NCBI GenBank assembly: GCA_028023455.1
Contig: JAQFVV010000004.1
Location: 18,290,001-18,354,000, forward strand
Length of the DNA stretch: 64,000 bases
Direction: 5' to 3'
Origin: Epiperipatus broadwayi
Taxonomy: Eukaryota > Animalia > Onychophora
Of the stretch, positions 38,991 to 52,910 are shown piece after piece. Under the pieces are notes generated by a model, which saw only the letters and a program-made list of their open reading frames with translations, had not been told where the DNA came from and searched no databases. The position numbers and the translations under genes were made by a program. Numbering within the stretch: position 1 is the stretch's first letter; each line of letters begins with the position of its first letter.

Positions 38991-40710
38991 AAACTAACAT
39001 CATATAATAGTATTAGTTAGTAGAATATTTTATTACAAATCTAAGAAATCAGATCTTTTTAGATCAAATTGATCATTTAGGTCTGGCCCCGGAATCGTTA
39101 TATATGTTTTCGATTAGCATCAATGCCATCGTGTGGCGAACACCAAGGATGAGAAAACAACCAAAAAATTCATATATAAAATGCTCTTAAAATGATTTTT
39201 ATCTTAATTTTTGGGCTGCAATAGCTGCAAAGGCATTAATTTTGGGACTTATTTTAGCACTGTTATCATTTCAATTTGTTAACTATAAAGTAAGTTTGTC
39301 TGCACACATTTTTTTTGCATAATAATTATTAGTTTTAAAAAAATTCTGAAGATGTCAGTATTATATAGACCTTATACAAATATCATGCAATGTTGAATCT
39401 CAAAGCAAGCCTTCATTAGTTATATCATGATACAAAGAAATTGACAGCATCACTGAATGGTAATTATTTGGCTCTAGGCATTTCAGTATGCTTTATTGTT
39501 TTAATATTTCTGGAGGAAAATTGTAATTTTCAGTAATTTATTTACATATTTAAGATTATTTATGCAACACATTTGTAAAATATTTATTTTAAAACCAAAA
39601 AAAAAGATTATAATCAAGTTTTACTTGAAAATATTTGTTTTTAAGTCAAGTTATAAAAACATAGTTTAATAAGGCAGCTGTTTTTACTGGTTAATAAAAA
39701 TTGCTTTCATAAACATCATGAAGACATTTTTTGTAAAATTTTAATAAATTTTTAATTTTAAAAGATATTTTCATTCTTTTACAATAATTCAACTAAAATT
39801 TATTTCCATTTTTAAAATGAAATACAAATATTTCATTCAATAATTTTTATGCATATTATGATCCAATATGAAAAGAACAAATATGGTCAGCTGAAATTGT
39901 CACTATGGTCTTTCAAATAAGAGTGGGGAAAATGTGCTTTAAACAAGTTAAGTGAAATTTATTTTATATTCCTCCCCCCTCTTTTTTTTTCTGGGACCTA
40001 GCTACCGATTAACCTGGTAATTTTTTCCTAATTAGAATTTCTTATGAAAATTAAAGACAGAAATGCTTTTTTCTTTAATAAGTTGATAACCTTCCTTGAG
40101 ATTTCTGCAATTATTTCTTTTAATTTATATTAACATTTTAAAATTAATATTAATCTATTAAAATCACTGTCAGAAAGTTAATTTATTTAATAGTAAAATT
40201 ACAATTTTCCTTCTTATATGAAAGCAAATATTTCCTCCAACAATCTCCTTTATATAAATTTCTCTGGCATTATATTAATACTTGAGTAATATATCTTTTA
40301 TTAAAGATAAACAATATGCATAACATATATATAAAAAGTTTCTATTGCTTTTTTAAACTGGAAATGATAATTTGTCACCTGTGCATATATAAGAGTGTAA
40401 CTGCTTATGGGATAGGGCAGTTTATTGATTTACATAAAATGGCTTTAAGTTCAAAAGTGTATTAAGGCAATAATGATCAATCTACTAGATTTAGTTATAT
40501 ATTAGTTTATTGCTCAACATGGAAATATCAACATTATTTATAAGAAATTGCCCAGATAAATGTCTCAAAACATTTTGAGGCATTTTTCTTTTACAATAAG
40601 AAAATTTAATTTGTCTTATATTAATACAATAGCTGTTTTTTCTGCAAAATGCACAGCTATTAAGATTAGCTTGGAAAAGAAATAACCTTAATTAGTTAAA
40701 TTATTCTTAC

Positions 40711-43700
40711 CAGTCTCTTTTAAATTTAGAAATAACAATATCTGTTCATTCCTTTTTTGGAATTCTTTTCACAAAATTAGCATTTTTTCCTTCCATAACA
40801 AATAAAAAGTATTCCACCCTAAAATACATATCTCAGAATTATATATATATATATAACCAGATACATTAATCTTTAACTGTTTAAAGTTTATATCTAGTCT
40901 AGAATATATATATATATATATATATATTGTAACTGAATGAAAATGATGACAATGGTAAATGAAAACTTTACTATAATCTGAATGAAAATATAGCCTAATT
41001 GTTGGCCACCATTTGTACCCTGAAGTTTAATACATTTGTAACTGAATAAAATATGGATTAGTCATAGTCTAATTAATGATCACCATTTACAACAGAACAA
41101 AAATATAAAGGAAAAAAGAACAATTCTAATTTAATAAATCCCATGAATTATAGCACCATTTGTAACAGAATGAAAATAAGAAACTAAGCTCAAGTAAATA
41201 TTAACCATTGAATAATAATCTAACACTTAATTCAATAAAACTATGATAATAATCTTTATTATAACTCCATAAATTCAAACAATATTTAGAACAGATAGAA
41301 AACAAGTAAAATCATTATTTCAAACTATCTTAAAAATATGAGTATTATTTGCAATAGATAAAAGATAAAGCAATAAAATCAGATACCATTATCTTATAAA
41401 TAACAATCTATGCCTATAAGATAATCCGCTTATAATAAAAATAATGACAAAGAATTAGACAGATAAATCTTAATATTCCTTATGAGTCAAAACATTGTTT
41501 ATAATAATACAAACTTTGTATTTAAATGAAATAATTCATGGATAGATTAGTTAATAATTTAATATGACCTACAAATCTAAAATATCAATGCTATGTAAAC
41601 AAATATATGACTCACTGATTGATTTCTAATTATAACTAAATAAAATAAAAATAATGTTAACTTAGCCATGTTATTCCACTAATACCAATATGCTCTTACT
41701 AATTAAGCCAATTATAAGACTACATATTTGAGAATAATACAAAATCAATTAACTCAACATATCTCTCTACTTTCATCAACTTATAATACTATAAAATAAA
41801 ATCATCTTATTAGATAACATTAAAATTTATAATATCCAATCACATCAATATATAAAATAAACCATAGATTCCTATTTGATGCTTATTCAAATACAATTGA
41901 CAAATCACATCCAAATACTCTTCAGTTTAATGAAGCTAAGTTATTAAAACTTTAGACTATAATTATTAAAAAATGTGAAAGATTATTAGTCTTATATTAA
42001 TATTAAAATTTAATATTTAACCTGAATTTATGACCCAAATGAACTTTAAATATAATTAAAGCAAATTACTCTATTACCAGCTAGCTCTATAACTGAATAA
42101 GATTATAATTTTTATGGTTGTATATTAACTTAATACAATATTCACTTTAATCAATAATAATTTAAAATAAAATATGCAAACATTTAATTGCAATATTTGT
42201 ATTTTTATCAATCATCCAATCAATTCATGTATAATTTCTATCTTAATATAATTGTTACTTGTTACTAATAAAATAATTACAATAAGTTTCTAATTACTTA
42301 TTTAATATTTAAGAATGTCAAATCAATTAATTTATTGCTATAAAAAATCGATGCCTGATATATAATAAACATTAAATTCAATATAAAGAAAATGATATAC
42401 AATTATACTTTCTTACTCATCCTCTGTTTGGACTTTCAAACTATTTTTTTTAACTGCTTCTAATGAATTATGTAGCTCCATTCATGAATTGTATCTTATC
42501 CAAGTACCATTAACCAATGAATTTGCAATGTAAAATTAAAGGATAACCAAACAAGTTTACTTGATTTAAATTAATTCAAAATTTATTAACAAAAGGATAT
42601 AAATTAAAATTGAATATATACGACAAATAAATGTTTAAAAATATACACATATGATCCGATGATGCTTTATGCAATAGGTTTTCAACTGATGTTAATTTTT
42701 TTAAATTAAACAGGTGATTGCACATCAAACTTTACTTATAAAATGCTAAGACTACAATGTATATTTATGTAACACAAATGTGTTGTAATACGTGTGCACT
42801 TTTCAAAATGTAAGAGAATCAACAACATTCTTAATCTTCATATATATATATATAATAGTTAATGGAAATATAAATATACTAAGGATGAATCTACCTATTC
42901 ATCCACATTGTTCTAAGAGAATAAAATAAATATAAATATTTGGAATTAATTTATAATCAAAGAATAAGATAAATATTTTTTAATTAAAATAATTATGAAA
43001 TATAAATTTGAATTTAGAAAAACATAACTCTCTTATACTTTAAGCACACAAACTAAATCTCTACTTAATTTAAATTATACTACTGTTTATATCCTATACA
43101 ATTATATATATATATATTAGCAAATGACCTAATCAGATATGACATTTTCAAAATAGTACCACAGTTCTAATGACTGTTTCTTAAATTACAACCTGACAAT
43201 GATTTGTTATTCCAGAAAAAAATAGAAATATAAAAATCTATTAGATTCAAAGCACATGTTATTAATTCCAATATTTTCCAAATATCCAAATTATTCTTTC
43301 ATTTTGCAGGTATTTTATCTATGACATTATCAGTATGAAAACACTAGTTTATATCCATGATGATACAATGTAAATATATTTTCCTTTATCAAGTATTTGC
43401 TTCATAAAACAATGAACAGATGCTAGTTTCATTCATGATAATGCTGTGAGAATTGAACAAGTTCTATTCTGTGTGGAAATAATATATTGATCTCATAAAA
43501 TTATATCAGCAGGTGAACATAATGTCCGTGTACATTTTATGTTATTAGCATTTAGGCTTCATTGAAAAATAAGTAATATCTAACACTATGAATTTTCATC
43601 TTCAACAAATTGTTGCCCCAAATTACCGATAAACCTGCTTAGTTAATGGACGAATGCTATTACTTTCACCTCATCATTCTATCCATTTCATAATCACATA

Positions 43701-44270
43701 CTTTTAAAAACAAATAAATAAAAAAGCATATGAAGAAATTTGAGTTCACTTCTATTGAAACCAAAATAGAGCATGAGTATAATCTGTTTAGTTCTATTTA
43801 GGAACTTTTTTAATTGATGTCAGAGTCGATGCTCCACATTAACTTTTTGGTCAACTTCAGCCAGAATCCTATAAATAAAAAATATTATAAGAGATATACA
43901 CGTACTTCTATTAATTCTATACGGATGCAAACAATGAACTTTTGACACTTAATTCGATCATTTTCAACAAAAAAATATATTTTTCTAAAAAGAAAAAATA
44001 TTCTATAAAATATACACTTAAGCAGATGACACTTTCACACTAAATTCAAAATAAGACATTTGTACAAATACTTTTTAAAATCACATAACAAAACATTCAA
44101 CATACCCACAGAGGCTACTTACTGTTGGAAATAGAACATCTGGTGTTATTGAAATCTTCAATTTGGAATGAAATTCTTGCATACAAAATGGAGATTGCCA
44201 GTAGCAATCCCCCCACTGCCCTTCCTCCTTCATCGAAAGGGTTGTGGAGCAAGTGATTGCCCAGTACATG
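40711..44270 (-). other. Candidate spliced exon chain (44270-44123, 43868-?, 43700-43627, 42494-42417, 40818-40711), product unknown
   Basis: Acceptor/donor pairs: catttacag/gtaagt, tttaaaag/gtaatt, ggataag/gtaaga, tattttag/gtaaga; an extra acceptor tttatttatag at 43869. No stop-free long ORF and no recognisable protein family. Confidence 0.35.
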
Positions 44271-47200
44271 CTGTAAATGAAATTCTGCTAGGGGTAATCT
44301 AACTTTTGGAATAAACAAACATCTTCATTCAAGTACAATTAAATAGTAACAAACTTGTAATTCAAAGATCCAAAAACACAGAAGTCAGTCAATAAACAAG
44401 TTGAAATTGGAAAAAAAATGCAGAAATAAATAACGAAGTTGAAATTAAAAATGTTAAAAGAAATTCACAATAATAACAAGTAGTATGTTTAAAATGTACA
44501 AATAACAAACTATTGAATCAGAAAAAAAATGCAAAAATCTACAAAAATGCATGTATATAATAGGTTCAGTTGACACATTTCAAAACACATTTTATGCATG
44601 TTCAAAAACACATTTTTTGACTAGAAAAAAAACTCAAATCACAGGCGTTTATTTAACGTTCGCAAGTATAACAGGGCTGAGTTCAAACCCTGTTCTAAGT
44701 CAGAGGGTAATATTACCGAGCATATATATCTAATTAAATCAAAAGTAATGTTAAGTAAATTTTCTTTTTCCTTGTGGTCTTTTATGCGAGTGCATACATA
44801 TATATTTAAGTAATTAAATAAAAACAGATTGAAATATAAGAGGGATGGGGGATTATATGGTTTGTGCTCTGATATTTATTTATACGTGTGTTTATATTGC
44901 TGCAAGAGTGAATAAATGTAATAATTTCGTAAAAAGAAATAAAGTTATTTTAATTTAAAAAGAAAGATTCCAAGATGGTCGATTAAAGGAAGAATGTCAC
45001 AAATTATAAAAAAATTAATTAATTGCAAAAAAAAGACCCGAACAGTTGCAGATCACTATCTTGAGACAAAGACATTTTAATTAATAAAATAAAATGTTAA
45101 AAGTAATAGACAGTGAACGGTCGAGTGTAGATCGCAAGGTAAATTGGAAATTCCTAAGCTTAGATAAGAGAAACAAAGAAAAGAAAAGTATTGAAAAGAT
45201 TTTCATTTCGCAAACCACGTGGTTCAATTAAAGAAGAAAGAACAATAGCATGATTAATGAGAGTCGAAAAGCTGAACTGAGAAGGAGATATATAGCTGTG
45301 ACTGCCACGAGCAGGATGGTAAGAAAAAGTTAATAAAAAGAAAAAAAGCTTATAATCGAAAAATCATGAACAGGCTGAGGTAGAAGAGCAGAACGGGCCA
45401 GGCTATGCCATCCATCCCGCGGAGAGACTACCATCACTGTAAATGTAGGAGCGAAGCCCTTCTTCAAACCATGAAAAGAACAGCATTCACCGGAAGCCAT
45501 TGATTGCCTTATGGAAATTGACCAAAGAAAGAAATCTTCTAATCATACAGCTAATAATCTACACCCGGGTGAGATAAACCAAACATTTTCGTAAGTGATA
45601 ATAACTATTTTGAATGAAAGGACGTCCTATGAAATAATGCGTAAAAGGGTTAAAGTAAATGAATAAAATGTTGAAATAATACCCTGTATACGTCTTAATA
45701 GACAATGCCTGATTGAAATTGTCTTCAAGCTATGATCTGTATTTTTGTATATTGCATTTATAAACTTGTGCGAGTGTATTTACATGCGGGTTATTTAATT
45801 ATTCGGGCACAAACCAATATCCAATTCTGGGATTCTATGGGTTTTGTTTTATTATTTGTTTTATATTAATAAATATTAATTAGTATTATAAATTTAATTG
45901 TGTGTGTTAGTGATAATTTTTTAAAATAATATTCAAAAGCAAAAAGTAGGAAAGCAAACGAATCATTCATGTGCTACATGCGCATTTTTATATGTTCCCT
46001 CCACATCTTTCCCATAGTCACTGACTACTACCCCTGAGTGAGCTAGCCAGAGGTACAAGCTCTAATCACCAGAAATAGATACTCATTCTCTCCCAGCATA
46101 ATTCTTATTTATTCGTAGGTAAGATTGGCGCGTGAGGTCATTATTGATACTCATAAATATGCTGGGCGAGTAATTAGAGGGCATCACAAAACCAAACACA
46201 CATATATGTGTTCAATTATAAATTTCTGTTAAATAAAAGAGCAAGACTTAAGTTTAAAATACGTAATAAACGTATATCACATATATACGTGTTTACGCCA
46301 GAATAAACAGTTACACAAGATTTTATCTCATATGTGAAAAGTTGTCTTATCTTTCCTAGGTTGCAGGAATAATACCCAAGTACAATATAAACTAAACAAT
46401 TAAGACTATATTCTTTCATACAATGATGGAAATATACTTTTTACACTATTAAAATCAAACCAATTTATTTCAAATTTCAGTAGGTACATTAATTACATTT
46501 TGAATTACAAGTGTCAAAATAATTCAACCCATACCTTTGACACCATCCATTTTAGATACATATAGTAATGACTATTAATAATCATTTACTAAACTAGAGA
46601 TTATCTCTAGCACAGATATAAACTTTAATACTCAATTGAAGATTAATATATCTGATTTTTTAAAATTAAACACACCAACACATGGACTTATCCACATTTC
46701 TTTTTCCTATGTACATTATATATATATTGAATTATTTCTGGCATGGAGATTCATATGCTTCACTTGATTTATTGAAATAGATGCACAGCGAAAATGAATG
46801 GTCTGAAATTTTTCCTCTAGGAAATAAGTTTACAATATGATAGCTTTCAGTTGAAAAGACATGTATTGTAATCTAAAATTTGATATTGAAGTGATATCAG
46901 ATCTTCAAAATGGGTTACATTAATTTATTGTCATTCAATATATAATGAAAGAATGGAACCAATCCCTGCAGAATGTGTTTTGGGAAACTGCTCTTTTCAA
47001 TACCTTTAAAGATGACTAATATTCTCATCTTATAGTAACTTAATTTTTCTTTAAATACTACTAATATAATCTATTTGATGCTGTTTGAATATTTTATTTA
47101 AATGAAGCTCTTTAATCTACAGATAAGGGGTTGTAATCTATAAACGCATTTGAAAAGAGTGGTTAACCAAAACCCTCGTTTTGCAGGCTTTATTTTAATT

Positions 47201-48099
47201 ATCATATAAAAAACGATGACAAAAGAATGCAGATAGTAATTTAAAGATTTGATATCACTTCAGTTTATTTTATTTATGTAGTGCCATTATTGTTTATTAT
47301 ATAAATTCTGATATAAACAAATAGCAGCACTAATCACGTATGAAATAAAATGAAGCAATATCAAATCTTCAAAGCGCCATCTGCATTACTTTATCATGTC
47401 ACAATATAATTTTAAAAAATATATATTTAGATACTAATTTGCTATGTATAGTTTAATGCAATGGTCAGTAGCAATTTGAAAGCTAAAGATGCATGGTTCA
47501 CAGATTGACTCTCTTACTTTGATTGTTCGAACATGGACTTCCTGAATAACAAATCATTCACTTGATTTTGCTAAGCATTTGGGAAAGAGCTTTTTTTTTT
47601 TTTTAAAAGAGCATATTATATAATTTTATATTATGCCCTAATAAGCCCTGCAGAAATAGACAAATCATTCAGCTACTTAGAAACTAATTTAATTATAAAG
47701 TCATTAAAAAAAAAGTATTACGTTACCTATATTTTATGCATTAATATGCTATAATGAATATCAAAAAGATAGTATTTTAATAACAATGAAATTGCTATAT
47801 TTGTCTGCAGATTGATCATTAAAACACCACACCATTCTTTTCTTATGCTTATATAAGCTGTTAAATCAGTATTTTGCATACAAAATATCAAACAGATCTA
47901 AATCCACTTTTCAAGATTGTCTATCAAAAATTATAATACTAATAATAACAGATGTAGAATAAACTAAATATTGTAAATATATACAAAAAAAGCAGTTAGT
48001 TCACGTAAAGAACAAAATTTAAATAAATATATCATTATTTTTGGTCAAAAGTGTTGGCTCTCCAGCTTTAATCGGGATTTTTTGAATATCTACTTGAAT

Positions 48100-48640
48100 T
48101 ATATTTCTTTCTAGAATGAGACTAAATTGAAGATTTCTTTATAGAATATTTTATTTCGTCTGATTTTACGTTCTGTTCAGCCATAATAATTATAAGTATA
48201 TCAAATGGTTCTGCAAACTTAACTATTTATGCTAGCAAAGCTAAAAAGTTTAAACGGTGATTTTTTGATTAAAATAAACCCGATTGCTCTGCCCATATAT
48301 CATTTTCTGGTCTATCGTAGAGTGTTCTTGCACTTGGACCCAGTCTGCCCTTTATGTAAATGGGATGATGACACAATGATACATATTCTGAACCATTGTA
48401 CCTCACTCGAATGAGACAGACTTCATCACATCCATATACAAAACTAGAGTGCCTCTCTTCAAAAGTCCTGATTTAAGCACAGTCAATAAGTGTTCATTTA
48501 TATAAGGATAAGATCTCAGCATAAGTGATTTGCTTATGCTTTTAAAACATTTGATGGATGAATGTGTATAAATTTAATATATTAATCCAATAGCGTGTAT
48601 GAAGATTCATTTTCTTCCACAAGATTTACCGATGTGAAGC
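48100..48640 (+). mobile_element. L1/Tx1-like LINE 3' fragment
   Basis: DFLIKINPIALP...CPLCKWDDDTMIHILNHC CCHC knuckle, paralogous to 29842-30042. Confidence 0.65.
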
Positions 48641-48654
48641 ACTGTGACTTCATT

Positions 48655-51560
48655 TTAGATGGAGTCAGGAATCTCTCAATTACTATGCCCAGAGAAACCT
48701 GTTAGCCACTTTACCTTCTCTTTCTATTCCTCACCCTTAAAATGTTTCCATATTCTTCTATATCCTGCTCCATCCCATTTTGTCAACTCCATAGCTTTTA
48801 TATCTAAATCCCCCTTATCTTTTCCCAAACTCAGCATAAAAACCAATAACCCACTTTCTATATAATCACTTTATTTGTAGCTTTTTGCTTTCAGGCATTT
48901 ACATTCAATTGCAGACTAAATCACCCATATTTTTCCATTTATGTGTATATTCCTTTGTTGCTAAAGATCCTGTCTGAGCTTTAAACAACTTTCCTTGCTA
49001 TTATCATAAATTAACTCTCACCCAATATTCCATTTACTTCTAAATATATTTAAACTTTTTACTCTCCTATTAGTTCTCTAACTCTCTAACTCCCTAATCT
49101 TTATTAATGCAACTATTCTATCCCATTCCTTACTACTATAACACTTAGCAATTCTCCCAACACAATCATTCCTCCTTTTGTATAAGTATACTGACATAAA
49201 TTCTTTATCCAAATCTGCATACCATACCTTTCTCACCCATCCTGTTGCTTGCCCTTACTCGTAACCCAATTAATACTATTTTGCCTATTCCCTTTATTAC
49301 CTATAAACTGCAATCTACCAAACATTTTGATTTTGCATCTCTCATATCATTTCTCTTCAGATTGCCTACTTTACCATCCACCAATGTGAAACTAATGCGT
49401 CTTCCTACTTCTCTTTGTATTTTTTCTAGGTTATCTAGTACCACTTTACTAACATATAATGCATCATTACCATATGTTAATTCTGCTACTGCCACTCCTC
49501 CATATAATTCTAGTTATGTCATATTTATTATATGAAAACACTTAATTTCTTTATCAATCCCTTTCTTTTCTTCATTTATCAAATTTTTTCTCCCATTTAC
49601 CCAAATAATTTCTTTGATTACTTGACGATTCTCAAATAGTATATTTATTCACCAAACTTAACTTTATATTCCCCAAGACAAATTCTTTGTCTTCTCTTTC
49701 TCCAGTATTAATCATTACTTTTGATTTTTCCTCAATAAATTTAATCCCCATCTCTTTACCCATCCTTGTGCATGTCCTCAACATAACTTCCATATTTTCC
49801 CTTCTTTCTGTGAAAAAGACATCACCTGCAAATAAGACCTGATAATGTATATATTCCCTTTCCACCTATTAACGATATCTCTATTCTTTTTATTACTCTC
49901 TCCATTTCTCTCAAATACAACAAAAACAAAATAGGTGACATAGGGCATCCTTGCTTAGTTCCACCCCATTTTTAACTTTAACATTCTCTAATTGATATGT
50001 ATAGTAATTATTTTCATATAATCTCTTAATATCCACTAATGCTCCATCCATTCCCAAATTTACTAAACTTACTCATAATCTATTTATCATAAGATTCTCT
50101 ATATCTATAAAAACCACATATAACTGTCTACCTACAAATAAACTATCTCCTATATGCCTATCCGATTAAAAACTTCCCTGCATTTCTCCCACTATATTGT
50201 TTTCTTCCATCCATTTTGCAATCCTTCCAGCCACCATATATGCAAAAACTTTATATAACATAGACATTACTGCTATCGGATTGTAATTGCTTAACTTTCT
50301 ATGACCCTTTCCTTTAAATAGTAGCCTTACTCTTATATTACTCCAACTACCCAGAAAATCTCTCTTCTGTGCCATCTTATTAAATGATAATAGTTTTAAT
50401 TTTGATCTCTGTCCTAAATTCATTATCATCTCAGCTGCCTGTTTATCCAAACCTCTTGCCTTTCCACTTTTCAATTTCTTCCCTGCTTTATTCAGTTCAT
50501 TTTCTGTACACCTAATATTTCCATTACTATATGCTTTCATGTTTATTATAATTCTGTCCTTCACATCTAACATCTTTTCTATATCCATTACATATTTATT
50601 TAAGATGATCTTTAATTCTTCTTAGAGCTACACTATTTTTCCTCACCATTTAGTAAATTCTTTTCCCTACATTCCTTCTTTTACTCCCATATCTTTCACT
50701 TTTATTAATATCCTTCAACAATTTACTATTCAATTTCATTCTCTCTATATAATTATCTATTTTAGCCAACTTTTTTAAACAAATACTTTTCCCGTTTAAC
50801 ATTAACATCTTTTTCACTTACTTTGTTCTTAATAGCACCCTAATATTCTCTGCATGCTTTTTTCCCTCTCTTTTATACATTTACTAAGTCTCCATTTTCT
50901 ACTTCACCACACCAGTCCTTATATTAATCCCCAACTAACTCTTCCATCGTTTCAACTTTTATTTTATATTATTCTAACTTATTATCATTCATTCTCAGTC
51001 CACATCTTTCACTATCCTTTCTACTTTTACTATTTTCCATCACATTACTACCCATTTCTATCATTAAAAAAAATCATTATTATATATTCTCTTCATTATC
51101 AAACACTTTAATTTTCCATATTTTATTTATTCCCTCTTTCTTTACAAATACATAATCTATTGTGAAATATATTATTTCTAGACATGTATTGTCCCTCATA
51201 AATATTTGACAAATTTCCAATTCTCTGACAAAAAGTCTTCAAAAGCTATCCATTCTCGTTATCTACATTAATTTCTTCAATGTGCCCTTTCATGTCCTCT
51301 ATAACTATTATCCTCTTCCCCTTTTCTTTAAAACTCTGTATATCCTTAACTAGGCAATCATATATGCTACTGATCCATTCCATTGTAGTTTGACTATCTC
51401 CAGTGGTTGTGTACACTACAGACCATCCCCACTTGTCTTCCTCAAACCACAAATATTCTTGACATTTAACATATACGCAAATGCACTCCCTCTATTTATT
51501 AATAACTATATTATTTGTAAAAAACTGTTTATACTTTTCCTTAATTCATGTGCATACGAC
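48655..51560 (-). mobile_element. Near-complete but decayed APE-RT LINE ORF2 (clade unresolved)
   Basis: APE remnant (IIVIEDMKGHIEEI..DNENG, about 51250), RT (NYNPIAVMSMLYKVF..RIAKWMEENNIVGEMQGSF, 50166-50588; LFAGDV, about 49820) and C-terminal C-x2-C region (about 48900); multiple stops and frameshifts. Confidence 0.85.
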
Positions 51561-51775
51561 ATACATAAAAGTTATACACTTGTGTGTGTTGAATAGTACC
51601 TATATTTACAGAAGGCATTCTATTATAATCAAAATTTATCAGACAAAATGTGAGCTGTTACTTGCAAGGAAGGTCTGGAATAAAGTATATTAATATTGCA
51701 GATCCATTGTTCGTGGAAATTGATTTAGATGAATAATTTGGAGAACATTTTATTTATATTTCATCTACAATTTTT

Positions 51776-52910
51776 GGTAATACAGTCTAATTTCCCATAC
51801 CGCTCTATGGCGCTGTTGCTAGTGAAAAACAAATAGCTATAACATTACCGGGCTGTTTTTCAAATTTTGTTGATTTATGTTTTTAATTTTTGGATTTGTT
51901 TGATTTTTTTGTTGTTGTTTTTTTTTTTTGTAACTGGTTTGATGTATATTTCTTAAAAATAAAAAAATGGGGGTTTTTTTTTTTTTTTTTGGCTTTTTAA
52001 AATATTCTGTCTTTTTATTTTTTTTTTTAAAAAAACAAACATTTCTTTTTGTCCGGTCTCTTTTTTTTTTAAAAGAAACTTTTTTTATATATAACCAAGT
52101 CTTTTTTATTGTTTTTGAAGTAACTTTTTTTTTTATCGAGAAACAAGGCTTTTTCGACAGACCTGTCGTCATATTCCTTACGGTGTTTTGACACCTTTCC
52201 AACTCAGCTCTAATACGCTTCACTGTAAGCTGATCCCGTCTTCCAAGAATAAATTAGCCGTACCGCTTGGGAAAAAGCAATTCACAGGTAGCCCCTAAAG
52301 CCCGTCCCATGAGCGAATGGAATACCTTCGTCACCATTGACATTCCATTTCAGATGTTTGACACCTTAATTTCATTAAACCACCACAAAGACAGTTTTTT
52401 TTTCTGGGTGGGTAAAATATTTTTTTTTTTTGGGTTGAAGGAAGGCCAGCGCATCTGCTTCTGTAGCAGGTAAATCTCAAAACTACAACGCCAAATGGTT
52501 GTCTGCCATTGAACTGTTTTGATCTCGAAAGTCTCGGAAAGTGCACGACTTGATCGTGAACTTTACACTCCTCATTTAGTGAATTCTGACCCCTGACAAC
52601 GAAAGTAGGGGCGTTTGACAATTCGATACAATTTTTACAAAATCAAAAAAAAAAAATCCGTTCTAATATACAGAAACCTTCATATCATACACTGTACAAT
52701 AGTCAAGAGTAATATCTATAGTGTCGTATACTCGTCACTAATAATGTTCAACATACTAGAGATGTTGGGATAAGGATGCACTTCAACATCTTAGTGTTTG
52801 AACAGTTTACAGGCTGTAAGATCTATGAGCGGCCTTGTAAACAGCATATTTGTGCTTTAGCGTAGAAATAGCGCCATTGGGTGGTGTTGATCAATAGATG
52901 CTGTATTACC
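51776..52910 (-). mobile_element. Merlin (IS1595/ISXO2-like) DNA transposon deletion derivative retaining the transposase N-terminus
   Basis: TIR GGTAATACAG at both ends plus inner ATGGCGCT match; 8-bp TSD CAATTTTT (51768-51775 / 52911-52918); minus 52509-52130 encodes DLPATEADALAFLQ..NILP...CLCGGLMKL...RLIYSW...VKRIRAELERCQNTV...RQVCRKAL with frameshifts. Confidence 0.8.

Larger units (their letters stand above)
37305..39162. mobile_element. Non-autonomous TIR element with GG termini and 8-bp TSD, probably Merlin
   Basis: 28-bp TIR GGTTGTTTTCTCATCC(C/T)TGGTGTTCGCC (37305-37332 / 39135-39162); TSD AAAAAATT (37297-37304 / 39163-39170). Confidence 0.8.

Noticed and set aside
40926-41180. Recurrent CACCATTTGTAACTGAATGAAAAT-like motif, about 5 copies
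   Set aside because: Irregular spacing and heavy degeneracy; likely a decayed minisatellite.
41250-42000. Faint PLE reverse-transcriptase-like words (DNPLII, NLNIPYE, NFVFK)
   Set aside because: Too short and discontinuous to separate from chance in about 80% AT sequence without a profile search.
32940-43370. Isolated plus-strand splice signals (donor at 32976, acceptors near 33827 and 43310)
   Set aside because: Could not be linked into a coherent ORF; such signals arise by chance in AT-rich DNA.
43600-43690. AUGAUGA box C-like motif (minus) as a C/D snoRNA
   Set aside because: No downstream CUGA box D or terminal stem found; it lies in a candidate exon.
45230-45440. Possible Mutator-like transposase C-terminus (ESRKAELRR...EEQNGPGY)
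   Set aside because: Weak similarity, frameshifted, no termini or catalytic motifs seen.
46040-46175. Imperfect hairpin (CTCTAAT...CCCAGCATA / TATGCTGGGCGAGTAATTAGAG) around a CCAAT-like site
   Set aside because: Single short imperfect pairing, no TSD or second copy in the window.
51837-52223. Lys-rich 128-aa and Phe-rich 74-aa ORFs
   Set aside because: Poly-A/T low-complexity interior of the Merlin element; only the first about 15 residues are transposase remnant.
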